Shown here: positions 53,801 through 63,700 of the stretch, piece after piece
How the letters are laid out: the number at the start of each line of letters is the position of its first letter
Position numbering within the stretch: the first letter of the stretch is position 1
Assembly (NCBI GenBank): GCA_036918135.1
Contig: JBALDB010000032.1
Coordinates: 64,001-128,000, forward strand
Length of the DNA: 64,000 nucleotides
Source: Nostoc sp.
Lineage (GTDB): Bacteria; Cyanobacteriota; Cyanobacteriia; Cyanobacteriales; Nostocaceae
Direction of reading: 5' to 3'
Position numbers and translations under genes: made by a program
Notes under the pieces: generated by a model
What the model was told of the DNA's origin: nothing
What the model saw: only the letters and a program-made list of their open reading frames with translations
Databases searched by the model: none

Positions 53801-53893
53801 TTACAGAAGTTGGGAACATTTGCTTCAGATTTAAATCATTACGAACGTAAACTTTTAGACCGTTTGCTCTCAGAGTATAATCCTCTGAATTAA
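50837..53893 (+). CDS. Degenerate tubulin-like paralog with coiled coil and TM hairpin
   Basis: Colinear motifs with the upstream gene (PTILIAL, AAYALLRELD, PPFDNCWLMD, YSAFGYAEL) but no GGTG/GGTGSG; two hydrophobic helices within a coiled coil. Confidence 0.8.
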   Translation: MPKPTILIALDPHSAAFCAAIKRQLQEFPVAQSCLIQTYTLTWDGQAFGFSPELDRFADPSFDLAQTHSKQAYLSKIRTQFTEGASKLQTALIDVIKGGTQSKEAQAAKRQGVEISSSHQIYLMLSVSNHFSRAVVFELVRLMRWLFTKYFTDIPHSLEALLLLPGLFAEATTADYSAAYALLRELDYKMTSGVAIGASHKAPPFDNCWLMDERIGGLRDNLLSYADAFAGFLTVEPESNSLLIGTQKVRGKIPAYSAFGYAELFYPGETAINRLSAALAADIVMEQFLPKAEFTLEANRKSLLDAKEFVLSEDFSNAFLQLERDNGKPVWQDFNPRMEIRAGMSQEYGMELQRAYRQFENKELLSYKRTLENCCKQVQTALTTFLDRSINRYVDATPRGLHEGVRLLNILTYLYLELQTDSIGDRSRNLVTELRAAEAFLDSRLQVIIDKETTQNLFNQVFSLKLRRQQLQDALAEGNSQELLQEIQAIQEQLETAIAEYRQALNAEIEQARQIRPQAIARAREQAQAAINVAQNHLTAIENQLETATDNLNELLAEENRFRSQYLVIYPTLVTVGLFALLILTGIFSQSTLWVFLQQIWANLISYLLWIAVTILTYLGIVWLKYSTNIRDRIQKVQKQIQRLESSLKATAVELRRSYNEQLKLEYDLYAQNLRVEALNHLIKIAKQKFESLRQTLSNFSEVYNNLVAQRNQATTYFSEIKLTVFTDTDIDAYYQSFLTKLPTEKFTQEQVSRSQSWKISAEEFQNKLMCFARQQFEKLHNLSIGEVLKQSDLITPSTATLRLNQLYDRANLLLRLQDIDANLNPTSQREMTLWVGAKDKEQIFGLYSRLSRSLTALLAEDEQRLSILTTSLGFPAYFLSQIEFYRDCYERTQGEQIEQEEFFPDLIPEEIGSSRELKLAYQTLLLAIALGILSQNAQGSYQFNSQLLGRERQQIALALATEFAFQEIHAQIKERIEVFEPDLIYQKLQKLGTFASDLNHYERKLLDRLLSEYNPLN

Positions 53894-54154
53894 AATTAAA
53901 TTCCTTTATTCTAACTTGCCAGAAAATCTCTAATTAAATATTTTTTACATAATTTCTACGTCTAAATACATGAGTTTACTTAATATTCAAGCTATCTGAC
54001 TCAAGCTTTATACTTCCACGCATTTAAAAAGTAAATTTCATGAGAGATTAACATAACTATTTATTCGCCCGACGTATCCTCCCTTCGTAGGAAAGTCGTT
54101 ATAATTATTTTCCATCCCTCTCTGAAACCAAATTCTCATCTACACACTATTTAT

Positions 54155-54349
54155 ATGGGACGTGCCCGTTCTAAATCTGACCTACCTACAAAAATCTGTC
54201 CGGTATGTCAACGTCCTTTTACATGGCGTAAAAAGTGGCAAGATTGCTGGGAAGATGTGAAATACTGCTCAGAACGTTGTCGTCGTCGCCGTTCTGAAGC
54301 TCAAAATGAAACTAACCGCAACACAGACGCAAATAGCGCAAAGGATTAA
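54155..54349 (+). CDS. DUF2256-type small Cys-rich protein
   Basis: [33 protein letters not shown]. Confidence 0.9.
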   Translation: MGRARSKSDLPTKICPVCQRPFTWRKKWQDCWEDVKYCSERCRRRRSEAQNETNRNTDANSAKD

Positions 54350-55302
54350 TGGAGTCACAGGTGCAACCTAAATTAATTATTCATGGCGGGGCTGGTAGTT
54401 CTCTCCACGGTAAAGGAGGATTGGAAGCGGTACGTCGATCGCTTCATACGGTTGTAGAACAAGTCTATTCTTTACTATTGTGCGGAAAAACTGCCTCTGA
54501 GGCGGTAGTACAGGGTTGCCAAATGCTGGAAGATAACCCCCGCTTTAATGCTGGTACTGGTTCAGTGCTGCAATCTGATGGGCAAATCCGCATGAGTGCT
54601 TCGTTAATGGATGGCACATTAGGGCGATTTAGTGGTGTAATTAATATTTCGCGGGTAAAAAATCCCATCGACTTGGCACAATTTTTACAAAGTTCGCCAG
54701 ACCGAGTACTATCAGATTTCGGCTCGGCTGAATTAGCGCGAGAAATGCAAATTCCTACCTATAATGCTTTAACTGATTTGCGATTGCAAGAGTGGATACA
54801 AGAACGTGAGGATAATTTTAAAAGTGTGATGGCTAATGTGATTGCAGAACCCGAACTGGCAGAAACCAGTAATGCTGGACGGGGTACCATTGGGGTGGTA
54901 GCTTTAGATGCCTATGGCGGGCTAAGCGCTGGGACTTCTACTGGTGGAAAAGGCTTTGAGCGAATTGGGCGGGTAAGTGATTCTGCGATGCCAGCAGGCA
55001 ATTATGCTACTAAAGAAGCGGGAGTTAGTTGTACTGGTATTGGGGAAGATATTATTGATGAGTGTTTAGCAGCCAGGATTGTGGTACGTGTTGCTGATGG
55101 TATGTCCCTCAAAGATGCTATGCAGCGCTCCTTGACAGAAGCGTACCAGAATAAACGGGATTTAGGAGCGATCGCCTTAGATGTTAATGGAGCGATCGCT
55201 TGGGGTAAAACCAGCGAAATCTTACTGGCCGCTTACCACGATGGCGACAAAATTGGTGACACCTTGGAATGGACTGGCAATGAACTAATAGGGTATTGCT
55301 GA
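54349..55302 (+). CDS. Isoaspartyl peptidase/L-asparaginase (Ntn hydrolase)
   Basis: IIHGGAG, FNAGTG, GTIGVVA (catalytic Thr), TSTGG, GRVSDS, TGIGE. Confidence 0.93.
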   Translation: MESQVQPKLIIHGGAGSSLHGKGGLEAVRRSLHTVVEQVYSLLLCGKTASEAVVQGCQMLEDNPRFNAGTGSVLQSDGQIRMSASLMDGTLGRFSGVINISRVKNPIDLAQFLQSSPDRVLSDFGSAELAREMQIPTYNALTDLRLQEWIQEREDNFKSVMANVIAEPELAETSNAGRGTIGVVALDAYGGLSAGTSTGGKGFERIGRVSDSAMPAGNYATKEAGVSCTGIGEDIIDECLAARIVVRVADGMSLKDAMQRSLTEAYQNKRDLGAIALDVNGAIAWGKTSEILLAAYHDGDKIGDTLEWTGNELIGYC

Positions 55303-55561
55303 AAGAATGGGGGGTGTTGAATGTTGACTGTTGACTGTTAAGTAAAGGCGAAGACGTTCTCTGGTGAGGAGTTATTATTCTTCTGTGTGTACCCTCCGCT
55401 CCCCATCTGTTTATCTCCCAGTGCCTATTTTAAAGACAGACAGTGACACGACAAATCGGACAACTAGGGCAAAAAATACTTCTTTCGCCGTCATCAGTCA
55501 TCAGTCAACAGTCAGCTTTATTTTCAAGACAGGAATCAGCGATCGCAAATATTCGCCAAGT

Positions 55562-58204
55562 CTACGTCACAATTTGTGTGACTGAGATTTTTATTGGCAC
55601 TTTTTTACTGAAAGATAGACCGTTTTCACTTTTGTCAATGAAAATCGTGTCTCCAGAGATAAAAGTATTTTCCAGTAACTTAGTAGCGAGAGGGTTTTCG
55701 ACTTCTCGCTGAATTGCTCGTTTGAGTGGACGAGCGCCGTAAACTGGGTCATAACCTGCTTCTACCAGGTAATCACAGGCAGATGGGGAGATTTCAAAGA
55801 AGATTTTTTGATCGCGGAGCAGATTTTCTACGCGTTTGAGTTGAATCCGGATGATATGCCGCATTTCTGAACGGCTGAGGGTATGGAAGAGAATTAAATC
55901 GTCAATGCGGTTGAGAAATTCTGGACGAAAATGCGATCGCAAGGCATCCATTACCCGTTGACGCATGGTTTCATATTTGGACTCATCACTAGATATATCT
56001 AATATATGTTCGCTGCCTATGTTACTAGTCATAACGATGACGGTGTTGCGAAAATCTACTATTCTCCCTTGAGAATCAGTAATTCTACCATCATCTAGAA
56101 CTTGTAACAAAATATTAAACACATCTGGATGTGCCTTTTCCACTTCATCCAGCAGTACCACCGAGTAGGGACGACGGCGAATCGCCTCGGAAAGTTGACC
56201 GCCTTCTTCGTAACCGATATATCCTGGAGGCGCTCCCACTAATCGAGAGACAGAGTGTTTTTCCATATACTCGGACATATCCAAGCGCACCAATGCATCA
56301 TCAGAATCAAAGAGAAACTGAGCTAAAGCACGCGCAAGTTCGGTTTTACCCACACCTGTAGGCCCCATGAACAAAAATGAACCAATGGGACGCGAAGGGT
56401 CTTTCATTCCCGCACGGGCGCGGCGAATTGCGGCTGCTACTGCTGCTACAGCTTCTTCTTGCCCAATGACTCGTTGGTGCAAATGACTTTCTAGTTGCAG
56501 TAATTTTTGTCGTTCCGATTCCAATAAGCGATTGACAGGAATTCCTGTCCATTTGGCGACGATTTCGGCAATATCGGCTTCGGTGACTTGTTCTCGCAGC
56601 AAAGTGGAACCTTGACTTTGAATTTCTAAAAGTTTGGTTTCTTTGGCTTCGCGATCGCGTTGTACTCCTTCCAATTTCCCATACTTCAATTGGGCGGCTT
56701 TATTCAGGTCATAAGCACGTTCTGCCTGTTCGATTTGCACTCGCAGCGCATCTTCTTCTTTCTTTAAGCTACTTATCGCCTCTAATAGCTGCTTTTCACC
56801 TTGCCATTGATCGTTAAATATGTGCTGTTTTTGAGTCAAATTGGTGATTTCTTGCTCAATTCGCTGTAAACGTTCCCTTGTTTGGGAAGTACCCTTTTCT
56901 TCGCCAGCTAATGAGAGCTTTTCCATTTCTAACTGCATAAGGCGGCGGTCGATGGTTTCCAATTCCGTTGGTTTGGAGGTAATCTCCATTTTCAACTGTG
57001 CTGCTGCCTCATCTACTAAGTCAATAGCTTTATCTGGCAAAAAGCGATCGCTAATATAACGCGCTGACAAAGTTGCTGCTGCTACCAAAGCCGAATCAGA
57101 AATTTTCACATTGTGATGAACTTCATAGCGCTCTTTCAATCCCCGGAGAATGGAAATAGTATTTTCCACACTTGGCTGATCGACAAATACTTGCTGAAAA
57201 CGGCGTTCTAGCGCGGCGTCTTTCTCAATGTGTTTGCGGAATTCATCTAAGGTAGTAGCGCCAATGCAACGCAGTTCTCCCCGCGCCAGCATCGGTTTGA
57301 GTAAATTTCCTGCATCCATCGCTCCTTGTTGATTGGAACCTGTGCCGACTACGGTGTGCAATTCGTCAATAAATAGAACGATTTGCCCGTTAGATTCCAT
57401 CACTTCCCGAAGAACAGATTTCAAGCGGTCTTCAAATTCACCCCGGTATTTAGCCCCAGCAATCAAACTGCCCATATCTAAAGAGATTAGCTGGCGATTT
57501 TTCAGCGATTCGGGAACATCACCGTTGACCATCCGCTGGGCTAACGCTTCGGCGATCGCAGTTTTACCTACTCCAGGTTCGCCAATCAATACTGGATTAT
57601 TTTTGCTGCGGCGGGACAATACCTGGATTACCCGGCGAATTTCGTCATCCCGTCCAATCACCGGGTCTAGTTTTCCAGATTTTGCCTGTTCTGTCAAGTC
57701 CCTGCCAAATTTTTGTAAAGCCTCATAACGGGATTCTGGATTTTGATCTGTGACTTTTTGGCTACCGCGAATAGTTTTGATTGTAGCTTCCAGCTTAGCT
57801 GCATCGGCATTAAAGCTTTTGAGTATCCGCCGTCCAACACGTTCATCTTCAGCAAATGCCAGTAGAATGTGTTCCACAGAGATGTAGGAATCTTTCATCC
57901 TGGCTCTAATTTCTTCGGCTTGGTCTAGTAAAACATCTAAACTACGACTAAGGTAAAGCTGATCGCTTTTGCCAACTTTTGGCTGACGTTGGGTAAAAGC
58001 TTCTAGTTGCTGTTGCAAGCGGATTGGATCGACTTCAGACCGAGCCAGAATACGTATTGCTAAACTAGTAGGTTCTTCTAACAGGGCAATTATTAAATGT
58101 TCAACATCTAATTGCTGTTGTTGATAAGCACGGACTATATCCTGAGATTTTACAATCGCTTCCCAGGCTTTATCTGTAAATTTATTCGGATCTGTAGGTT
58201 GCAT
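55562..58204 (-). CDS. clpB: ATP-dependent chaperone ClpB
   Basis: Two AAA+ modules ([16 protein letters not shown]), [14 protein letters not shown], coiled-coil middle domain. Confidence 0.97.
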   Translation of the reverse strand: MQPTDPNKFTDKAWEAIVKSQDIVRAYQQQQLDVEHLIIALLEEPTSLAIRILARSEVDPIRLQQQLEAFTQRQPKVGKSDQLYLSRSLDVLLDQAEEIRARMKDSYISVEHILLAFAEDERVGRRILKSFNADAAKLEATIKTIRGSQKVTDQNPESRYEALQKFGRDLTEQAKSGKLDPVIGRDDEIRRVIQVLSRRSKNNPVLIGEPGVGKTAIAEALAQRMVNGDVPESLKNRQLISLDMGSLIAGAKYRGEFEDRLKSVLREVMESNGQIVLFIDELHTVVGTGSNQQGAMDAGNLLKPMLARGELRCIGATTLDEFRKHIEKDAALERRFQQVFVDQPSVENTISILRGLKERYEVHHNVKISDSALVAAATLSARYISDRFLPDKAIDLVDEAAAQLKMEITSKPTELETIDRRLMQLEMEKLSLAGEEKGTSQTRERLQRIEQEITNLTQKQHIFNDQWQGEKQLLEAISSLKKEEDALRVQIEQAERAYDLNKAAQLKYGKLEGVQRDREAKETKLLEIQSQGSTLLREQVTEADIAEIVAKWTGIPVNRLLESERQKLLQLESHLHQRVIGQEEAVAAVAAAIRRARAGMKDPSRPIGSFLFMGPTGVGKTELARALAQFLFDSDDALVRLDMSEYMEKHSVSRLVGAPPGYIGYEEGGQLSEAIRRRPYSVVLLDEVEKAHPDVFNILLQVLDDGRITDSQGRIVDFRNTVIVMTSNIGSEHILDISSDESKYETMRQRVMDALRSHFRPEFLNRIDDLILFHTLSRSEMRHIIRIQLKRVENLLRDQKIFFEISPSACDYLVEAGYDPVYGARPLKRAIQREVENPLATKLLENTFISGDTIFIDKSENGLSFSKKVPIKISVTQIVT

Positions 58205-58428
58205 CTTTAAAATTTTCGATTTGAGATTTTTAGTTTAAGGCTTGGGGAGTGCTGAGTTAAGAGCAAAGCCGGAGACTGTGAAAGCTTTGGTTAGGTAGTG
58301 CTGAGTTAGGAGTTATTCTCTCCCTACTTCCCCTGTTCTCTCGTCTCCCAGTCCCCAGTTCCTACCTATTCCTTAATTTAAAACGAAAACATGCTGATGA
58401 GCGTAGTTTGCCAGATGTTGCTATTAGA

Positions 58429-58457
58429 GCGATGTCTACGACGGGCTACACCTACGC
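58429..58457. repeat. 21-nt small dispersed repeat inserted in a HIP1 site
   Basis: GCGAT[GTCTACGACGGGCTACACCTA]CGC; removing 21 nt restores GCGATCGC. Confidence 0.75.
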
Positions 58458-58504
58458 TATTGGTGTTACTCATCAACGAGTAATATAGATTTTTACTTTT
58501 AGAG

Positions 58505-58939
58505 TTACTGACTTACAAGTTGCTCTTTTGATTCGTGTTTGATTGCTGACCCTTGAGTTCCCAACTGAATCAGTTCAATTTTATACCCGTCTGGATCTTC
58601 TACAAAAGCAATTACTGTCGAACCATGTTTCATCGTTCCTGGTTCTCGGACGATTTTACCGCCCTGATTGCGGATTTCTTCACATTTAGTATAAATATCA
58701 TCAACTCCAAGAGCAATGTGACCGTAGGCATTACCCAATTCGTACTTTTCTACTCCCCAGTTGTAGGTTAGTTCTATCACCGTGTTATCACTTTCATCAC
58801 CATAGCCTATAAAAGCTAGGGTAAATTCTCCTCCTGGATAATCTTTTCGCCGCAGTAATTTCATACCCAGAACTTCACAATAAAATTTTAATGACTCTTC
58901 AAGGTTGCCCACTCGCAGCATTGTATGTAGTAATCGCAT
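58505..58939 (-). CDS. gloA: Lactoylglutathione lyase (glyoxalase I)
   Basis: [39 protein letters not shown]. Confidence 0.96.
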   Translation of the reverse strand: MRLLHTMLRVGNLEESLKFYCEVLGMKLLRRKDYPGGEFTLAFIGYGDESDNTVIELTYNWGVEKYELGNAYGHIALGVDDIYTKCEEIRNQGGKIVREPGTMKHGSTVIAFVEDPDGYKIELIQLGTQGSAIKHESKEQLVSQ

Positions 58940-59593
58940 ATTGACCTTTGCTAACTTCCTTAATTCTTATATTTTATATCTCACGAGCCTTTTCCACATA
59001 AGCTGCGTTCAACTATACTTTTAAATACTCAATTATTGGTAATTCTAGCATTGGTATTTTATTGATAATTATTAACTAGAAAAGTTTAATAATAAAAAAC
59101 TAAATGTTCTTCAAATATTCATATATTTGATTTTTGGAATATTAGAGTTGTAAATAACTGCTTATCAAGTCAAAAATTAATTTAAAAATATCTTTTCATT
59201 CACTATTGTAGTTGGAGCAACCGACTAAAATAGGTGAGAGTTACTTAATAAAAAATATCCTAACGTTCACAGTCAAAGGTCATCAGTCATTAATCATCAA
59301 CTTCAAAGTGGATAATTTATTTGTTGATAAAAATTTCTTTTCCATACTCCCCATTCCCTAATGACTTCCTTTCTATAAAATATCCCACTGTTGACAATCA
59401 ACACTCAACACTCATCAGTCATCAACTTCAAAGGAGATAATTTATTTCTTGAAATTCCCCTATTTTCAAGGTAGGTTTATTATTCTCCTGTTTGCCCCTT
59501 GTACCCCATGCCCATTGTTTAAAGAATTTTCTTGACAGAAGTAACGCCAGAGCCACGTGCGATCGCTACAATCTTAAAGATAAGCAATACTCA

Positions 59594-60292
59594 ATGGTGC
59601 AGCAGATGCTCAAGCGGCTAGTTCAATGGCTCAAAAAACTTTTTCAGAGCTTGTTTGGTAGAAAACAGACTGCCTCAAAAGTTAGAGGGAATGTGCAAAA
59701 AGAACCAGCACCACCTCTAAGTGATACAGACCTGGAATTTCTCTTCAACGAACTGTTGCAAGGAGTTCATCAAGCCAGAGGAGAAGCTTGGGCACGGAAG
59801 TGGCTGGATAATATTGAACATCGCATTCCATCTGAACGCTGGGTTGAGTGGTTGAGGCGCTTTGGTGAAAGATTGCTAGCATCACCCACACCTAATAATG
59901 AAATGGCTGCCCGATTGGTGGAGCTGGGTGATCTGGGCATCGGAGAAATTACAGATGTTGCTTATAGTATTGGGATGCAGTTGCTAACACGCAATCAAGG
60001 CGAACCAATTTGGGAATATGAAGGCCCAGATGCTATGATTACAACTTTGCCACCTCCAGCAAACATCACAACATCTGAGGAACTAGACGGCAAAGAGAAC
60101 CTACCAGAGGGAGAATATCAAACTGTTACCCTAGAAGAACTGTTTGTAATGTTGCAAGAGGATGAAAATTTACGTCAACAGATTGCCCAGCAATTGGCTG
60201 TTGATAGCGACGACCCACAAGTTCTTGTGCAGGCATTAATTAGTCAATTATATCCTGCGGGTCAATCGATTCCAGACCAAACAGAAAATTAA
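59594..60292 (+). CDS. Hypothetical protein, paralog of the N terminus of the downstream TPR-CHAT protein
   Basis: DLEFLFNELLQGVHQARG..W..RI..ERW matches the next ORF; start taken at MVQQML. Confidence 0.8.
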   Translation: MVQQMLKRLVQWLKKLFQSLFGRKQTASKVRGNVQKEPAPPLSDTDLEFLFNELLQGVHQARGEAWARKWLDNIEHRIPSERWVEWLRRFGERLLASPTPNNEMAARLVELGDLGIGEITDVAYSIGMQLLTRNQGEPIWEYEGPDAMITTLPPPANITTSEELDGKENLPEGEYQTVTLEELFVMLQEDENLRQQIAQQLAVDSDDPQVLVQALISQLYPAGQSIPDQTEN

Positions 60293-60379
60293 CTACTTAG
60301 CAAATAAAAAAATTATCTTCCTCAGAAAAATTGGCATGGTAGTATCTGGTCTAGTAAAACTCCAAGGTTGAATCTTATA

Positions 60380-60545
60380 AAGGAACTTTAAGAAATAAAA
60401 ACCACCACTTGAAGTTGCTGACTAATGAACGCCAGTTGCTACCCTGCGGGTTCCGTGTTAGCGGTACAAATCGGTAGAGCCGCAAGAGCGCACTGGCTTC
60501 TGTTGAGTGTAAGCAGCGCGATATTTTTTATTTGGAAGTCGCTTA
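60380..60545. mobile_element. MITE-like composite element (second copy)
   Basis: Colinear with the reverse complement of 4960-5132. Confidence 0.55.
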
Positions 60546-60703
60546 TTATAGCGTTATAATGCTGGAATCTTCAACTTTTGTGTATTTTTTGCTAGCCTAC
60601 CCTAAAAACACTGTACGGATATAATGGGTTTTTACGTAATTCATGACTTTTTTAACACAACGATGGCTACAATCTAGAAAAACAAAATCCAAGAGTGTGG
60701 CAG

Positions 60704-63700
60704 ATGCTCAGGCGGATATCACAGTCGCTTAAAAGGTTTTTAAAGCGCCTCATTAAAAGTAAGCAGACTCGTTCTCTCAAGGATACAAGAGGACACAATT
60801 TGGTAGAGGTACTACCAGAACTAACTAATGCCGATCTGGAACAATTGTTTATCCAATTGTTGGAAGGCGTGCATCAAGCACGAGGACGACAGTGGGCATT
60901 GAGGTATCTGCAACGAATCGAAAATCGCATTTCGGCTGAACGTTGGATAGCTTGGTTGGTGATGTTTGGTGAAACCTTGCTAGCTTCACCTACACCGAAT
61001 CAGCAGTTAGCAACACAGATGGTGCAACTAGGAGAACTTGGTATCGGCAGAATTGGAGATCTTGCCTATGAAATTGGCATACGGCTGATGCAAAACTTAC
61101 CCACACAGATAGAAACAGAAATACACTATGAGGACGACAGGGCGCAAGATGTCATAGAAACTACTCCTGGGCAAGAATTGATCCGCGAATTAGGCGAACA
61201 GTTATGGGAGTATGAAGACCCAGATGTCCTAGAAACTACTCCTGGGCAAGAATTGATCCGCGAATTAGGCGAACAGTTATGGGAGTATGAAGACCCAGAT
61301 GTCCTAGAAACTACAACCGATGACGAAATTCTACCAACTTCGCCTGGGCAAGAATTGATCCGCAATTTAGGCGAACAGTTATGGGAGTATGATGAACCAG
61401 ATGCCCAAACAATAACGCCAGCACCGGAAGTCTCTGTAGAAGAAATATTTAGCCAAGACTCAGAGGAAGTGATATTTGAGTATCAAGAAGAAGATGCCGA
61501 AAGCACAATACCTACACTTCCTCTCCCCCCAGCAAAAGATTCAATCACTACATTAACTCAGCTGAGGTGGGATGATGAAGAGGAAGATACTCAAACTCAA
61601 ACACGAGCAAATCTACTTTCGACTAGCCAAAGGACTGAATTAGCAACAACTGATTCAGACCAAACCTGGAATAGCAGTTTGGCGAACTTAGAGCCAAATG
61701 TCGCAAATACTTTAGATGAACTGTGGGTGAGGTTGGATCAAAGTAGCAATTTAGTCCAGCAACTTGCTTCTAACTTAGCAGTTCAAAGCAGCAATTCCTC
61801 AAGTATTATTGAGCGATATGGCAACGAGCCGATTACCGAAGCTCAAGTGTGGTTTTACCAAGGTCTTGGGCAAGCGAAAACAGGTGATTTATTAGGTGCG
61901 ATCGCATCTTACGACCAAGCCATTGAACTGCAACCGGAATTCTCAGAATATTGGTTTAATCGCGGCTTGACCCTGTTTCATTTAGAACGTTTTCAAGAAG
62001 CAATTGCATCTTACGAAACAGCCATCGAACTCAAACCCGATTTTTACAAAGCTTGGTACAACCGGGGTGGAACTCTGGGAGAATTAGGATATTTTGAAGA
62101 AGCGATCGCCTCTTTTGATAAAGCCATCGAAATCAAGCCAGACTACCAAGAGGCTTGGTCTAGTAAAGGTTTAGCACTGCTGAAGTTAGGCTGGCTACGG
62201 GAAGCAATTTCTAGTTACGACCAAGCCCTCGATCTGCAACCACAAGACCAAGAAAATTGGTATCACCGGGGCATAGCACTAGCCGTAGGCGAACAATTTG
62301 AAGAAGCGATTGCATCTTATGACAGGGCGCTAGAAATTGACCCAGACTACCATGAAGTGTGGATAGATCGGGGTGTAGTGTTGTTTAATTTAGGACGCTG
62401 GTCACAAGCCATCTCCTCTTGGGACAAAGCACTTTCAGTTCAAGCCGACTTTTATTTAGCTTGGTACAACCGGGGTGTGGCGTTAGATAATTTAGGACGC
62501 CGCGAAGAAGCCATCGCTTCCTATCGGCAAGCGATCGCCATCAAACCCGACTTCCATTTAGCTTGGTATAATCAGGCAGTAGCATTGTTTTATTTAGAAC
62601 AATTTGCCGAAGCGATCGCTTGTTATGACAACGCTTTGCAAATAAAACAAGATTACTGGGAAGCTTGGATTGGTCGTGGTACCGCTGTTGGCAATTTAGT
62701 AGATCCACAGCCATTACTGAATTTGTCAAGTAGTATCACAGCGAACAATTCTGACTTACAACAGATAGGCTACGAGGGGAAATTAGCTAGCTTCGAGGAA
62801 GGATTAAAACATCTGCGTACAGATACCCACCCAGAAGGTTGGGGTAGATTGCATCTGGCGATCGCTAACGCCTACTACGATCGAGGTAAGAAACAGCCTA
62901 ATCCTCGTGATTATTGGCGTAAAGCTGCATCTGAGTACCATCAAGCGTTGTTAACTCTCACCTTAGAATATTTTCCTCACTTACATTTAGAAGTTTTGCA
63001 ATCCCTAAGCAAAGTATTGATGGGTTTGGGACAAACAACACAACTTCAAGAATTACTGCAACGAGGTAGATATTTATTGCAACAATTATTAAGTGAAGAA
63101 ACTCGCTCTGAAGAAAGTAAAAAACAGTTAGCCCTGAAATTTGTAGGCTTTGAGCAACTAGCAGTTGATTTAGCGGTAGATTATGGTGATGTGGTAGAAG
63201 CTTGGGAAATTGCCGAACAAGGCAAAAATGCTTGCTTAAATTGGCTGCTATTTGGTTGGAATAATGATATTTATTCACCCCATTATCACACAATTCAGGA
63301 ACTATTTAATCCCACAACAGCAATTATTTACTGGCATATTAGTCCAGTTGCCCTACACACCTTCATTCTCAAATACCAAGCGCCATCACCGATTCTACTT
63401 TTTACACCTATACAAGATGTTGGGGCAATAACTTTAGGAGAAGAGGCTATCCGTCTCAATGAATTACCCCTACCTGAAGCAGTACGACGCCTGATTGAAT
63501 TTGAAAATTGGCTAGAAGATTGGCATCAACAATATCAAGAATATCGTACCACGGCTCAAGATAAAGAAAGTAAAATTCAGCATTCTTGGCGAGTGGATAT
63601 GGAACAAAAGCTGTTGCAGTTGTATGAAATTTTAAATATTTCTACAATTGTTCAGGAACTTGAAGGCATTAACCAACTGATTTTAATTCCTCACCGCGAT

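Noticed and set aside
61126..63293. Minus-strand ORFs at 61126, 62541 and 62958
   Set aside because: Antisense shadows of the long TPR-CHAT reading frame.
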